Positions 62,080 through 64,000 of a stretch of DNA of 64,000 nt are shown here, one piece after another. The DNA is from Octopus vulgaris (lineage: Eukaryota), in NCBI GenBank assembly GCA_951406725.2, contig OX597819.1:3534001-3598000 (forward strand), in the 5' to 3' direction. The notes under the pieces are model-generated. The model ran no database searches. It worked only from the letters and a program-made list of their open reading frames with translations, and had not been told where the DNA came from. Every line of letters begins with the position of its first letter. The first letter of the stretch is position 1. A program made the translations under genes and the position numbers.

Positions 62080-62560
62080 AGTCCTTAGAAGGGCAAAACT
62101 AATCTGCATATCCTTCTGATAACTCACAGATGGTGTTTCGACGATTTCTCCTCTCAGCTGCACTTACATCTGCGATGTTTTTCTCAGTTCTGCTGGTTGC
62201 TGGTCTCCCAGAACGTTCGTCGATATCATCATTTTTCGGCCATCTTGGAAACGTCTGAACCACTTATACACTTGTGGGCTGCTCATACACTCCTCTCCAT
62301 ACACTTTCTGCAACTTGAGCGTCGGCCTCTGAGCAGGCATCACCATGATAACTTTCTCTGTCATGGTCAATGCGACGATCACATGCTACACACCTTCCTT
62401 TCAAGCATTGTTGTAAACAGTGGAAGTGAGCTAGAACGTTAGAACTTAGTGCGCATGCACAGCAGAATTCAAGGTCAATCTTTGCCAAGCGGTTTTAGTC
62501 TGCGTACTATATAGCTTCGTTACTATAGCAACAATCTGTGCATTTATTGATATGACCTCG
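62080..62560 (-). mobile_element. Mariner 5' fragment
   Basis: TIR TA|cgaggtcatatcaataaatg. Translates to KLQKVYGEECMSSPQVYKWFRRFQDGR. Confidence 0.85.
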
Positions 62561-64000
62561 TATATAAGGACACAAGCATTGCTGACTGTTTAAGAAATTT
62601 TTCACAACTATGAGATCTTTAATTTGCTGTTTTGCGAGAAATCTTGGACAAGCACATTAGCCATAGGTCGACAGGAGGCTTGGGAATAAAATCAGTCGGA
62701 TGGAAACTGTGTAGAAGATCATTTGATCGGCTGTACTTAATATCCAAGCGTATAACCTTCGAATGGCATAATGCTACAGTTAATCTGTCTGAAAATTACG
62801 CTAAGTGTACACGTCAGTGGAATGCTCAGCAAATGTGCACGCTGATTCAGCAAGTCGTTTCGTTCACTTGCTCCGACATGTGGACACTCATATATCTAAT
62901 CAACGGGAAATTTCTTTCCAGCCCGTTATATTCTGAGTTCAAATCCTACGGAGACCAACTCTGCCTTTCATCTCTTCTGGGTCGATAAAATAAAGTACCA
63001 GTCAAGCATTGTGGTCGATGAAGAAAACTTGCCTCCTCCCACCAAAACTGCTAGCCCTGCAATGGGCCAGTATTCCGGTTCGTTGTAAGGTTCTTGTGGG
63101 ATTTATTTAAATTCTTTAGGAATTGACGTTAATCTTTTGAAAAGCTCCAGCATTTCTACTTAGGTATACATTTTGACAGTTTTCTTTGTCTTTCATAAAA
63201 CGTATAGACGCCGTTTTGTAAAGCATTTGAATGTAGCTGCGAAGTTTGATGAAATATTTTTACTAGTCAAATAATAGTTTTATTCACATGGATGATTCGA
63301 CTTCGAAATTTGTTTCATGATTTACACAGTGAGAATGCAAAACTTTCGTTAACATAAACAATGCAAAAACTGGTTCACGTATGGGAGTACACTGATCAGA
63401 CTTCTAGGTTTGGAACAGCAAATTAATTTCTTTTCGATTTCACTCAACTCAGATTTCGTAAAATAACGATAATGAGGTTCATTAGTTTCATTTGAACTTC
63501 TCGAAACAAGATGCCATTTGAATATATAATTTTAATACAGCCCATTGGCTCAGAACTTTTTTTTTACACATTTTTTATTTTCGGTAACCTTCTTATGGTT
63601 GAAAAGGGAATATTTTGAACTAGTTCCTTATAATTATATATTCTATGTACGATTCTCTTTGCAGCTGTGGTCAGCAGAACCAGTTTTAAGCTTCTCTTGT
63701 CAGATAATTTATGTTAGAAGATAATTCTTCAGCAGGCTAAATGGAGAGAATGGGAAATGAATTTTATGAGAATTAAGTTTGGATCGTATAATTTCATTAA
63801 CGTGCAGAGAGAATTATTAACGCTACATAGGTTTGAAGCTCCGTCCGTTACAATAGCTAAACTGCTATTTTATAATAAACCCCAAACCACAGAAGAACTT
63901 TTTCGCGACTTGATGCAAACACTTCAATAGTAGCTTTTGTAACTGGAATTAACTATAAAATTTGTTATAAAATTACATTGTTTTATTGTACGCAATAATT

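Overview
AT-rich, repeat-saturated eukaryotic DNA, almost certainly from an octopus (coleoid cephalopod), judged from its characteristic tRNA-derived SINE families and dense (TA)n, (CA)n, (TATG)n and (ATT)n microsatellites. Most ORFs in the supplied track are artefacts of these microsatellites. The window is mainly a fossil record of mobile elements: three or four SINE families, CR1/L2-type, RTE and R4/Dong LINE pieces, Penelope-like (GIY-YIG) elements, mariner/Tc1/Tigger transposons, Helitrons and a Helentron-type element. Two signals stand out. (1) A probable tandem family of small secreted cysteine-rich, saposin-like proteins on the minus strand: one two-exon gene can be reconstructed (5182-5093 + 651-391, 116 aa with a signal peptide) and a homologous terminal exon lies at 29789-29496. 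(2) At least seven hammerhead-ribozyme motifs from about five element families, including a complete type I hammerhead in a ~385-bp retrozyme-like element and a Penelope LTR coupling a tRNA-like Pol III promoter to a hammerhead. Also present: a tRNA-Ala/LINE-tail chimera, SINEs nested into their own head at one fixed nucleotide, a 307-bp near-perfect palindrome and a ~1.9-kb tandem duplication with a templated insertion. All calls come from manual reading; no database search or folding program was run, and repeat boundaries are approximate unless termini are quoted.
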